DNA of 64,000 nt, taken from IMG/VR virus record IMGVR_UViG_3300032287_001394. One strand, 5' to 3'. Numbering within the stretch: position 1 is the first letter of the stretch; every line of letters begins with the position of its first letter. The stretch is from a virus. This document shows positions 46,102-54,783 of the stretch, in pieces. The translations under genes and the position numbers were made by a program. The notes below the pieces were generated by a model that was not told where the DNA came from, made no database searches, and saw only the letters and a program-made list of their open reading frames with translations.

Positions 46102-47882
46102 TGTTAAAGTTTAATGACTACTTAAAAGAGGCTGCATTGTCAGCTAAACAAAAGAAGATCGCAGCGGTCGCTGGCGACAAGGACAAGATTGATGCTGCAG
46201 ACTTAGCTGCTTTAAGAAACGGTAAGAAACCAGTTGAAGAAGCTAGTTGCTCTGGCAATATGAAGAAGGAAGAGCTCGTTGGCAATCAACATAAGCTTGA
46301 CAAGAATAAGAACGGCAAGTTAGATGCTCATGATTTTAAGTTACTTCGTAAAGAAGATAAAGATACCCATAGCCTGGATCATGAAATGGAAAAACATGGG
46401 GATACTTTTGGTCATCATCATGACTCATATGATCATGATAATAGTGATGTTGATAGATATTATGTTAAAAAACAAAAACAACATGTAAATGCTGCAGAAG
46501 AAGCTCTTAAAAAGGGTGATAAAAAAACTATGCATGCACATTTAACACATTTTTACCACCTTGCAGGAGAAGCACATGATTATGCAGGTAGAGATGAAGA
46601 ATCAGCTGAAGCTAGTGATTTAAAACATCATCATAAAAAATTAGCTGGTAAAGTCCATGTTAATGAAGAAGTAGAGTTAGACGAAGGTCGTGTTAAAGAA
46701 CTTGCAATGGATCTTAAAGATATGAGTCATGACGAGTTCCATAAACAATATGGTAAACCTAAGTCTCATTTCGATCCTACTAACTTTAAAAAACCAGTAG
46801 AACCTGGTAAAGGTATGGATCGTGCAAGAGCTTTAGCTCAACGCGGTATGCAATCATTATCTAAAGAAGAAGTAGAACGCATTGAAGAGAAGTTAACACA
46901 AATCGATGAGTTATCTAAGAAGACTTTAGGTTCATATGCTAAGAAAGCAACTAAAGATCTTAAATCACAAAAGACTAATTATGATTACCTACACTCAGAT
47001 GATGATGCAGAACATGAAGATGATGGTTCAGAAACTATGAAAGGCTTTGATGCTAGACGCATCCGTAATAAAGAAAAGGGTATCGATAGAGCTGTTAGTA
47101 AATTAGCTAAAGAAGAGACAGAACAAATCGATGAGTTATCAAAGAAGACTTTAGGTTCATATGTAAATAAAGCAGCTAAAGATTCACGTATCCATGGCCA
47201 AATAGCCACTGATTTTGAAAACACTGCTGATAAAGCTAGAAAGCAATCAAAGAAAGATTCTTTTGAAAGATTAAACAGAAAATATTTAGAAAAATCATGG
47301 AAGCGTGAAGATGGTATTGCTAAAGCTGTAGGTAAATTAACTAAAGAAGAAGTAGAGTTAGAAGAAGCTACTACTCGTAAAGACTTCCAAATGGTTGCTG
47401 ATCTTATCAAAGGTCATGAGTCTGCTGATAAACGTAAAGAGTTAGCTACACATCATGCTGGTATATTTGCTAAACAAAACCCTCGCTTCGATCATGCTAA
47501 GTTCATGAAAGCAGCTGGAGTTAATGAAGAAGTACAACAAGAAGTGTCACCATATCTTAAAGCAACACTTAAAGTTATGGATGAAGGTAAGATCGATAAC
47601 CTTAGAGATGCACAGAAGTTAAGACAAGATACACAATCTGCTTACGATAAGAACTACAAACCAGACACAAGTCATCCGCATATCCAAGTAGTTAAAGGTA
47701 ACGCGTATGGTGGTGCGAACCAAAAAGATGATGAAGGTGATGAGAAGCCTGATGAAACAAAAGAGAAAAAAGGTCGTGGCAGACCTACTGGATCTAAATC
47801 AGGTGCTAGACAAAAAGGTGGTGGACATGAAGACGGCGGTATTCCTGTGCATAACTTAAACTTGCCAAAATCATATAAATAG
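46101..47882 (+). CDS. Modular putative internal head protein with EF-hand-like motif
   Basis: MLKFNDYLKE; DKNKNGKLDAHDF; IDELSKKTLGSY repeats. Confidence 0.65.
   Translation: MLKFNDYLKEAALSAKQKKIAAVAGDKDKIDAADLAALRNGKKPVEEASCSGNMKKEELVGNQHKLDKNKNGKLDAHDFKLLRKEDKDTHSLDHEMEKHGDTFGHHHDSYDHDNSDVDRYYVKKQKQHVNAAEEALKKGDKKTMHAHLTHFYHLAGEAHDYAGRDEESAEASDLKHHHKKLAGKVHVNEEVELDEGRVKELAMDLKDMSHDEFHKQYGKPKSHFDPTNFKKPVEPGKGMDRARALAQRGMQSLSKEEVERIEEKLTQIDELSKKTLGSYAKKATKDLKSQKTNYDYLHSDDDAEHEDDGSETMKGFDARRIRNKEKGIDRAVSKLAKEETEQIDELSKKTLGSYVNKAAKDSRIHGQIATDFENTADKARKQSKKDSFERLNRKYLEKSWKREDGIAKAVGKLTKEEVELEEATTRKDFQMVADLIKGHESADKRKELATHHAGIFAKQNPRFDHAKFMKAAGVNEEVQQEVSPYLKATLKVMDEGKIDNLRDAQKLRQDTQSAYDKNYKPDTSHPHIQVVKGNAYGGANQKDDEGDEKPDETKEKKGRGRPTGSKSGARQKGGGHEDGGIPVHNLNLPKSYK
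46898..47163. repeat. 41-bp direct repeat with 1 mismatch (46898-46938 and 47123-47163)
   Basis: ACAAATCGATGAGTTATC(T/A)AAGAAGACTTTAGGTTCATATG. Confidence 0.85.
47874..47881 (+). promoter_or_regulatory. Late promoter TATAAATA
   Basis: Consensus upstream of structural gene. Confidence 0.65.
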
Positions 47883-47904
47883 ATAAAAATTAAGGAGTAA
47901 TAAA

Positions 47905-48885
47905 ATGGCTTTATGGGGAAAAACAGATACTTTAGCTTCGGCTCCAAAGTATGTAGCAAGAAAGGCGGTATTCGATGCGCAAGCTAAAGTTAGCTCAGCG
48001 AACGATACTATCGACCTAACAGATGCAAATACAAACTTTTCAACTGGTGACGGTGTTGTTTACACTGGTGCTAGTGGTATTGGTTTAACACAAGGTACAG
48101 CATACTATGCGATGAGACAAACAGATAACACTATCAAGCTTGCTACTACAGAAGCTGGTGCTAAAGCTGGTGCTACAGGTATTAACCTAACAGCTGGCGC
48201 TACTGGTGCTATCGGTTACCTACAACGTAATGCTGAAGGTAATGAAGCAACTGGAGCATCAGGTGCTACTGGCTCTTCACTACAATTCTCACCTGCAGGT
48301 GATCATGTATACAATGGTCGTGACTTATACTTCATCGATGCTGATGAAGCACAACAAGCTGAAAACATTGCACGTGGTCTTAACACACCAGGTTGGACAA
48401 ACTATCGTTCATATACTGATGCTAATGGCAACGTTAGAAATAAATCAGAAGTATTAATTGCTATGGGTGCATATACTGGCGCTACTGGTTCTGGTACATT
48501 CCAAGCTCAAACTGGTGATGCTTCAGATGACACAGTATTAGTTGATGGTACAATCACTATCGGTACACAACCTGCAAGTCAATCTAAAGTTGCTGGTTCT
48601 GGCGCTGGTAACAAGGGTGTATTCACTGTTGTTGCTACATTAGCTGGTGCTGGTTCATTGACATATCAATGGCAAGTTCAAGAGTCATCAGAATCTGGTG
48701 CAACATGGACTAACGTATCACGTGGTTCTGGCGGTACAACAGCTACTTACACAACAGGTAATACAGCTGTAACAGCGTCACCAACTGGTGATACTAATGG
48801 AGACAAATATCGTGTTATCGTTTCTTCAACTGGTTCTACAAGCGTAACATCATCAACAGCAGTATTAACAGTAACAGCAAGCTAA
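47905..48885 (+). CDS. Virion structural protein with C-terminal Ig-like domain
   Basis: MALWG start, PGW..Y..Y.D..G..R.K.EVL; QPAS...YQWQ...YRVIV...S..AVLTV. Confidence 0.75.
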   Translation: MALWGKTDTLASAPKYVARKAVFDAQAKVSSANDTIDLTDANTNFSTGDGVVYTGASGIGLTQGTAYYAMRQTDNTIKLATTEAGAKAGATGINLTAGATGAIGYLQRNAEGNEATGASGATGSSLQFSPAGDHVYNGRDLYFIDADEAQQAENIARGLNTPGWTNYRSYTDANGNVRNKSEVLIAMGAYTGATGSGTFQAQTGDASDDTVLVDGTITIGTQPASQSKVAGSGAGNKGVFTVVATLAGAGSLTYQWQVQESSESGATWTNVSRGSGGTTATYTTGNTAVTASPTGDTNGDKYRVIVSSTGSTSVTSSTAVLTVTAS

Positions 48886-48919
48886 CTAAGTGGGGGAGGT
48901 TAACTCCCCTTCTTTTAAT

Positions 48920-49297
48920 ATGAATCAAATGTTGACAGAAGATAATTTTTTGACCTATGCGATGCATCATTACGACAATAGCCAATGCTATTCGTTGGAA
49001 GAGTTTAATGATGACTTGAAAAGGTTTCTTTACTTGAAGAAGTTATTCAATAGGTATAAGAGCGAGGCTGACTTAAAACAAAACCTCATCTTAAACCATT
49101 TAATAGTCATATATAATATATTCGGCGAACACGCCACTAATATGTTATTCTTTAAGATAGAAGAAGAGTATTGGGACACACTAATAACTTTCTTAGTATT
49201 CCTTAACAGGATGCCAGAAGAAGTGACTCAATATAATATAAAGTTATCAGAAGTTGAATTAGACAATCATATAATACAAACACTTAGGAAAATATAA
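48920..49297 (+). CDS. Conserved T4-like hypothetical protein
   Basis: YA..HYDN..C....EF..DLKRF.Y.K.LF, LILNHLI. Confidence 0.8.
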   Translation: MNQMLTEDNFLTYAMHHYDNSQCYSLEEFNDDLKRFLYLKKLFNRYKSEADLKQNLILNHLIVIYNIFGEHATNMLFFKIEEEYWDTLITFLVFLNRMPEEVTQYNIKLSEVELDNHIIQTLRKI

Positions 49298-49842
49298 TGT
49301 CGCAAATAGTAGACAATTTAATAGCTTACAGAGTACTCACTATGTTGGTTAAGCCCTTCAGCGAGACTGATGCCTATAGACTTGGCATCATCGATAATAA
49401 AGGAAAAAATCTCATAAAGCCTTCTTCGCTCTCTACAACAGAGCAGAAGAGTGCATACACGTTCCTACATCGACTAGTCTTTAATATGAAGAAGATAATC
49501 AACAAACTGCCGGGTGGAGAAAGCAAGTTAAAGAGTGTCATATCTGCATACTTCTTGATAAGAGAGTATTACGAAAAGAATGATAGATCAACTTCAATGA
49601 TGGAACAAAAGTTTCATAAACTAATGGAGACTGATGCTATCTTAGCAGAAGAATCTATATTAGTAGAGAAGTTTATTAAGAAGATCGAAGAAGAGGGTGA
49701 AGGCGGAGCTCCAGCAAACGTAACCGGTGCAGGAGTTTCAACAGACATCCCATTACCTAAGAAGAAAGATCTTGATAAGTATAAACAGACGAACCAAGCT
49801 GGTGTAGTGTCGATGGCTCGTCGTAATAATAAGGTGATGTAA
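49297..49842 (+). CDS. Conserved T4-like hypothetical protein
   Basis: YR.L..LV.PF....AY.LGIID..G, AYT.LHRLVFN.K. Confidence 0.8.
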   Translation: MSQIVDNLIAYRVLTMLVKPFSETDAYRLGIIDNKGKNLIKPSSLSTTEQKSAYTFLHRLVFNMKKIINKLPGGESKLKSVISAYFLIREYYEKNDRSTSMMEQKFHKLMETDAILAEESILVEKFIKKIEEEGEGGAPANVTGAGVSTDIPLPKKKDLDKYKQTNQAGVVSMARRNNKVM

Positions 49843-49843
49843 T

Positions 49844-50443
49844 ATGTGGTTATTGAATATTATACCCGATAGTATACTGTACGGGTTTATCTTATCTGTA
49901 ATGGGTATTGGTGCAGCGCTATTTGTATTTGGTACATTTACTGTATTCCTTCCATTAGTTAAAACGTATGGATTATTAATGAGGACAGTTGGTATCATCT
50001 TACTCATTGGAAGCGTATATCTATATGGTGGATATGGTACTGAAATGAAGTGGAGAGCTGAAGCTGCCAAACTTAAGGCAGACATGGACCGTAAGGTAGC
50101 ATTGTCAGAAAAGAAGTCAAAACAAATAGTAACTAAGTATGTAGTACAAACAAAAGTAATCAAGGAGAAGGGTGATGCAATTAAGAAGTTATCTCAACAT
50201 GTTAAAGAAGCTGATGCTAAGTGCATTGTGCCTAAGTCTTTTGTCTTGCTCCACGATTCTGCCGCAAAAAATGAAGTTCCCGACACCTCCGCAGGAGTTA
50301 ATGGTTCCGCCTCCAGAACTAATCTCTCTACCATCGGAGAAACAGTAACAATTAACTATAACAACTATCATCAGTTAAGTGAGCAATTAAAAGCGTTACA
50401 AGACTGGGTAAGTTCACAAGAGAAGATCTATAATGGCAAATAG
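49844..50443 (+). CDS. Inner-membrane spanin (Rz-like)
   Basis: N-terminal TM segments, coiled coil, C.VP..FV.LHD.AA; contains an embedded lipoprotein gene. Confidence 0.75.
   Translation: MWLLNIIPDSILYGFILSVMGIGAALFVFGTFTVFLPLVKTYGLLMRTVGIILLIGSVYLYGGYGTEMKWRAEAAKLKADMDRKVALSEKKSKQIVTKYVVQTKVIKEKGDAIKKLSQHVKEADAKCIVPKSFVLLHDSAAKNEVPDTSAGVNGSASRTNLSTIGETVTINYNNYHQLSEQLKALQDWVSSQEKIYNGK
50175..50348 (+). CDS. Embedded outer-membrane spanin (Rz1-like lipoprotein, 57 aa), not in ORF track
   Basis: +1 frame: MQLRSYLNMLKKLMLSALCLSLLSC-STILPQKMKFPTPPQELMVPPPELISLPSEKQ; lipobox LLSC; Pro-rich; AAGGAG SD. Confidence 0.8.
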   Translation: MQLRSYLNMLKKLMLSALCLSLLSCSTILPQKMKFPTPPQELMVPPPELISLPSEKQ

Positions 50444-50822
50444 TAACGAATTAGAACAATTAGAGCGAATAGTTCTTAAGTTAGATGATTCAATTGATAA
50501 GTTAACAGAGGTTTCTGCTAACATCAGTAAATTACTAGCCGTACAGGAACAGCGTATGAATACAATAGAAAAAGATACAGATAGGAATCAAGATGATATC
50601 CGTCATTTGTATAGCAAACTTGATTCAGTATCTAAAGCTTTAACAGATAAGATGGATGAATCAATGAAGAATTCATCTGCTGGTCATGATCGCATTGAGA
50701 AAGCTTTCGAACTTAAAGTAGAAGAAGTTAATAAAAGATTAAATGCATTAGAAGCATGGCGCTGGTTGGTTATTGGAGGCGCGATTGTAATCGGTTGGTT
50801 TGTTAATAGATTCTTTAAATGA
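50433..50822 (+). CDS. Coiled-coil protein with C-terminal TM (holin/XhlA-like topology)
   Basis: Heptads then WRWLVIGGAIVIGWF. Confidence 0.65.
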   Translation: MANSNELEQLERIVLKLDDSIDKLTEVSANISKLLAVQEQRMNTIEKDTDRNQDDIRHLYSKLDSVSKALTDKMDESMKNSSAGHDRIEKAFELKVEEVNKRLNALEAWRWLVIGGAIVIGWFVNRFFK

Positions 50823-51535
50823 ACTATACGCAATATATCACCGAATTAAAACTTCAATTACAGTATCATTCTGAATTGAATCCCAAACTATGGGATGATT
50901 TCCAATTAAAATCTCAAGTAAGAGACAAACTACTTCAGTTTGCAGAAGTGTGGAGAGAATTTGCTAAAATACCTAAAAACGCTGTCAAAGAAGTTATCCT
51001 TCTCGGGGGAAACGCTAATTACAATTATACTGATATGTCTGACCTTGACGTACATTTGGTCGTTGACAAGTCTTTAATCGCTAAAGATAATCCATTATTA
51101 GATGACTACCTACAAGACAAGAAACAAATGTGGACTATGGCCCACAAGATTACTATCCTTGGTTATGGATTAGAACCATACGCACAAGATGAGTCTGTAC
51201 AATACCCAAAGAATCAAGGCGTGTATTCATTAACAAACGATGAATGGATATGTAAACCAGTATTCATTGGCGATGAGATGATTAAGGACCCATACCTTAA
51301 GAAAAAGGTTAAGTTCTATATGCATATGATAGATGACATGATTAAAAACCATGTAGACCTTGACTCAGTAAAACACTTCAAAGAAAAACTTAGAGACATG
51401 AGAGGTGCTGCCATTAAACGCGGTGGAGAATTTTCCTTTGAAAACCTAGTCTTTAAAGAACTACGCAACCAAGGATACTTAGATAAACTATCCGCCTATC
51501 AAAGAACTAATCAAGATCAAGAATTGAGTTTATAA
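50819..51535 (+). CDS. Pol-beta-family nucleotidyltransferase
   Basis: GGNANYNY...SDLDVH, EPYAQ, GEFSFENLVFK; MNYTQYITE. Confidence 0.75.
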   Translation: MNYTQYITELKLQLQYHSELNPKLWDDFQLKSQVRDKLLQFAEVWREFAKIPKNAVKEVILLGGNANYNYTDMSDLDVHLVVDKSLIAKDNPLLDDYLQDKKQMWTMAHKITILGYGLEPYAQDESVQYPKNQGVYSLTNDEWICKPVFIGDEMIKDPYLKKKVKFYMHMIDDMIKNHVDLDSVKHFKEKLRDMRGAAIKRGGEFSFENLVFKELRNQGYLDKLSAYQRTNQDQELSL

Positions 51536-51903
51536 TGCAAAATGAATTTTGGGGTTATCATTTAATATTAGATTGTCACGCGTGTGATGTACCTAGTATT
51601 CAAAGTAAAGAAAATGTTTATAATTGGATTAAAAAACTAGTTAAAGATATTGACATGGAACCAATCGGTGAACCTCGTATTGAATATACTGCAGCAGAGT
51701 TTCCAGATAAAGCTGGATTTACAGCGGTACAGATCATAGTAACATCAAGTATAGTTGCACACTTTATTGATTCTACAGGCGATGTTTATATAGATGTATT
51801 CTCATGTAAGCCATTTGATAATGACACTGTCATCAAATCTATAGAAGAAGCTTTCCAACCTAAAAAGATCCGCCCTAACTATTTAACCCGTCAAGCTGGC
51901 TAA
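51535..51903 (+). CDS. S-adenosylmethionine decarboxylase-family proenzyme
   Basis: GYHLILD, GFTA....TSSI..H, DVFSCK. Confidence 0.8.
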   Translation: MQNEFWGYHLILDCHACDVPSIQSKENVYNWIKKLVKDIDMEPIGEPRIEYTAAEFPDKAGFTAVQIIVTSSIVAHFIDSTGDVYIDVFSCKPFDNDTVIKSIEEAFQPKKIRPNYLTRQAG

Positions 51904-51907
51904 TAAT

Positions 51908-51936
51908 TGTACTTTAATTAGCGCTTGAGGTATAAT
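51908..51936 (+). promoter_or_regulatory. Early-type promoter
   Basis: TGTACT-N17-TATAAT. Confidence 0.85.
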
Positions 51937-51941
51937 ACATT

Positions 51942-52175
51942 ATGAAGTATTTTGATATCAAGTGGATCTCCACTGCCCTTTTTATATTCTGCGGAACATT
52001 AGTAGCTTTGAAGCTACCATATATGCAATATGCCTTTCCAGGCTTTATCATAGCCCATGGTATATTGGCACACCACTTCTATAGAGTACATCCAAATAAA
52101 CCATTATTGATTCAAAACATCTATTTCTTTTTCTTAAACACTGCAGCCAGTTACATTTGGCTATTCAAAGGATAA
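51942..52175 (+). CDS. Small multi-pass membrane protein
   Basis: Three hydrophobic segments. Confidence 0.65.
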   Translation: MKYFDIKWISTALFIFCGTLVALKLPYMQYAFPGFIIAHGILAHHFYRVHPNKPLLIQNIYFFFLNTAASYIWLFKG

Positions 52176-52177
52176 TC

Positions 52178-52444
52178 ATGACATTTAAACCATTAGGCAA
52201 AAAAGTATTAGTAGCAGAAAACAAGCGCGAGAGTCAAACAGCTTCAGGTATTATACTTGAAGGGACCCAGGGCCTAGGAGAGTCAAAGACAGGTACAGTA
52301 ATGGCAATCGGCCCAGAGGTGACCCAAGTGCAGGTGGGAGACAAGATCCTATTGGAATGGAATAAAGCGGCAGTAACTACTGTAGATGGTGCGCAACGTG
52401 TAATCATCTTAGAAGAAAACATCGTAGCAGTATTAGATAATTAA
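52178..52444 (+). CDS. groES: Co-chaperonin GroES
   Basis: FKPLG.KVLV, TASGII, V.AIGP, VGDK, E.NI.AVL. Confidence 0.9.
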   Translation: MTFKPLGKKVLVAENKRESQTASGIILEGTQGLGESKTGTVMAIGPEVTQVQVGDKILLEWNKAAVTTVDGAQRVIILEENIVAVLDN

Positions 52445-52473
52445 TGTACTTTAATTGAGTTGTATTATATAAT
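52445..52473 (+). promoter_or_regulatory. Early-type promoter of primase
   Basis: TGTACT-N17-TATAAT. Confidence 0.85.
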
Positions 52474-52479
52474 GGGTCT

Positions 52480-53487
52480 ATGTTATACATTGATGCAAAA
52501 TACGTAGGTCAAATCTCCTACAAACTCCGCAACTTTAAAAAGAAGAATGACTACTATTGGAACTTTAGTTGTCCGATATGTGGTGACTCCAAGAAGAACG
52601 AACTCAAGGCTCGAGGCTTTGTCTATAAGAACCAAGACAGACTAGTCTATAAGTGTCATAACTGTGGTGTATCCACATCTATCGGCGGGTTATTAAAGCA
52701 ACTTGATCCGTTAGTCTATAATGAATATGTGTTAGAACGCTATAAAGAAAATACTTCTAAACACATGCCTCATGCTAATGTCAAAGAAGTGGTACCAGAG
52801 ATTGCACCTGAAATAAGCACTGATCTTATCAAAGCTGGTGCACAGTCTATACAATCTAATCAAGAAGCATTACAATACGTGATGTCTCGTAAGATCCCAG
52901 CTGAACGCTGGAAAGATCTATATTATGTGCCTAAGTTTAAAGAGTTTGTTAATAACCTTAAGTATACATTTCCCGATACAACATACGATGCACCAAGATT
53001 AATCATCCCATTCTTTGATGAAGACGGTAAGTGTATAGCGTTTCAAGGCAGAGCATTCGGCAAAGAGATGCCTAAGTATGTGACCATCAAGCTTAATGAG
53101 AAGAAAGAAAAGATCTATGGTCTCGATCGTATGGATCATAACAAACGAATCTATGTGACAGAAGGTCCTATCGATTCTATGTTTATCCCTAATGCTATCG
53201 CTGTCGCTGGTGCAGGGTTCGATACTAAGTTCATCGATGCTATCAAAGATAATGCTACATTGATAATGGATAACGAACCAAGGTCTAAAGAGATTACCAA
53301 GTTTATTGAAAAGCTTATAGATAATAATTACACAGTATGTCTATGGCCAGATACCATACAAGAGAAAGATATCAATGAGATGGTGTTAGCAGGAAAACCT
53401 ATAGAGTCAATCATGGATACTATAAATACAAATACCTTCCAAGGCATGGAAGCTAAATTGCAATTTACTCAATGGAGAAAGTGTTGA
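52480..53487 (+). CDS. 61: DNA primase gp61
   Basis: CPICGDS...CHNC zinc finger, QGRA, TEGPIDS, DNEPR, KDINEM. Confidence 0.96.
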   Translation: MLYIDAKYVGQISYKLRNFKKKNDYYWNFSCPICGDSKKNELKARGFVYKNQDRLVYKCHNCGVSTSIGGLLKQLDPLVYNEYVLERYKENTSKHMPHANVKEVVPEIAPEISTDLIKAGAQSIQSNQEALQYVMSRKIPAERWKDLYYVPKFKEFVNNLKYTFPDTTYDAPRLIIPFFDEDGKCIAFQGRAFGKEMPKYVTIKLNEKKEKIYGLDRMDHNKRIYVTEGPIDSMFIPNAIAVAGAGFDTKFIDAIKDNATLIMDNEPRSKEITKFIEKLIDNNYTVCLWPDTIQEKDINEMVLAGKPIESIMDTINTNTFQGMEAKLQFTQWRKC

Positions 53488-54353
53488 AAGTATTAATCAC
53501 AGGAGTTACTGGTTATATTGGCTCTCACCTAGCAAAGGTGTTATATGAAGCAGGTCACCACATCGTAGGTCTAGATTTAGAATGGAAGAAGCATAATGAT
53601 GTAAGTAGATACTGTCATCGCATCCTTATCAAAGACGTTACAAAGCACATATGTGATGAAGACTACGATGTCATCGTCCATCTTGCTGGATTAATTCAAG
53701 TAGAAGAAAGCGTTGCGCACCCAACAAAGTATTACTCAACAAATCTTGGTGGTACTGTTAACATGTTAAGGCAGAACATTAATGGTGAACCACACTTTAT
53801 ATTTGCATCTACCGCTGGTGCATTCGATGCACAGTCACCGTATGCAAGGTCTAAGCTAGCAGCAGAAGACGTTATCAAAGAAAAATCAAAGAACTATACT
53901 ATATTTAGATTCTTTAACGTAGCAGGTTCTGATGGTATGCATAGACAAGTTGGTAGAGCATCACACTTAATTCGCATCGCTGCTGAAGCTGCAGCTGGTA
54001 AACGAGACTATATGTCAATTTATGGAGAAGACTATGATACACCAGATGGTAGTTGTGTTAGGGATTATATCCACGTTGTGGATCTTGTTAACGCTATTCG
54101 TGATACGATTAAGCATGGTGCCTTTAACACGCCATATGAATGTATTGGTTCGGGCCAAGGATACTCGGTCAAAGAAGTAGTTAAGGCCATGAAAGACGTT
54201 ACAAATCAAGACTTTACTGTAAAGATGGCCGGTCGTAGAGATGGAGATCCGGCTTCTTTAGCAATTGATAATCAATTCAATCTGTTGCATCCACAATATC
54301 AACTAAAAGATATGTGTCTGTCGGCATATAATATTGAGAACAGAAAGGTATAA
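53472..54353 (+). CDS. galE: UDP-glucose 4-epimerase-like SDR
   Basis: GVTGYIGSH, YARSK, RFFNVAG, TPDG..VRDYIHV.DL. Confidence 0.85.
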   Translation: MEKVLKVLITGVTGYIGSHLAKVLYEAGHHIVGLDLEWKKHNDVSRYCHRILIKDVTKHICDEDYDVIVHLAGLIQVEESVAHPTKYYSTNLGGTVNMLRQNINGEPHFIFASTAGAFDAQSPYARSKLAAEDVIKEKSKNYTIFRFFNVAGSDGMHRQVGRASHLIRIAAEAAAGKRDYMSIYGEDYDTPDGSCVRDYIHVVDLVNAIRDTIKHGAFNTPYECIGSGQGYSVKEVVKAMKDVTNQDFTVKMAGRRDGDPASLAIDNQFNLLHPQYQLKDMCLSAYNIENRKV

Positions 54354-54355
54354 AT

Positions 54356-54772
54356 ATGAAAATAGGTTTCACTGCTTCTACCTTTGATTTATTACATGCT
54401 GGTCATATAAGTATGTTAAGGGAAGCAAAAGAGAATTGTGAATACCTGATATGTGGTCTTCAGATCGACCCTTCTGTTGATAGACCAACTAAGAACTCAC
54501 CTATCCAAACAATAGTAGAGAGACAAGTACAGCTATCAGCAGTTAAATATGTTGATGAGATCATAGTATATAGGACTGAGCAAGATCTAGAGGATATACT
54601 TGAGATGTATCATATAGATATAAGAATACTTGGTGATGAATACAGAGATAAAGATTTTACAGGTAAGGACATCTGCAAGAAACGTGGTATCCAACTCTAC
54701 TTCAATAAGAGAGACCATCGCTTCTCATCATCTGAGTTAAGAAAACAAGTAATAGATAAATCTAAAATTTAA
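54356..54772 (+). CDS. Glycerol-3-phosphate cytidylyltransferase-like (TagD family)
   Basis: STFDLLHAGH, R.H.FSSS. Confidence 0.85.
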   Translation: MKIGFTASTFDLLHAGHISMLREAKENCEYLICGLQIDPSVDRPTKNSPIQTIVERQVQLSAVKYVDEIIVYRTEQDLEDILEMYHIDIRILGDEYRDKDFTGKDICKKRGIQLYFNKRDHRFSSSELRKQVIDKSKI

Positions 54773-54783
54773 TTGGAGTAATA

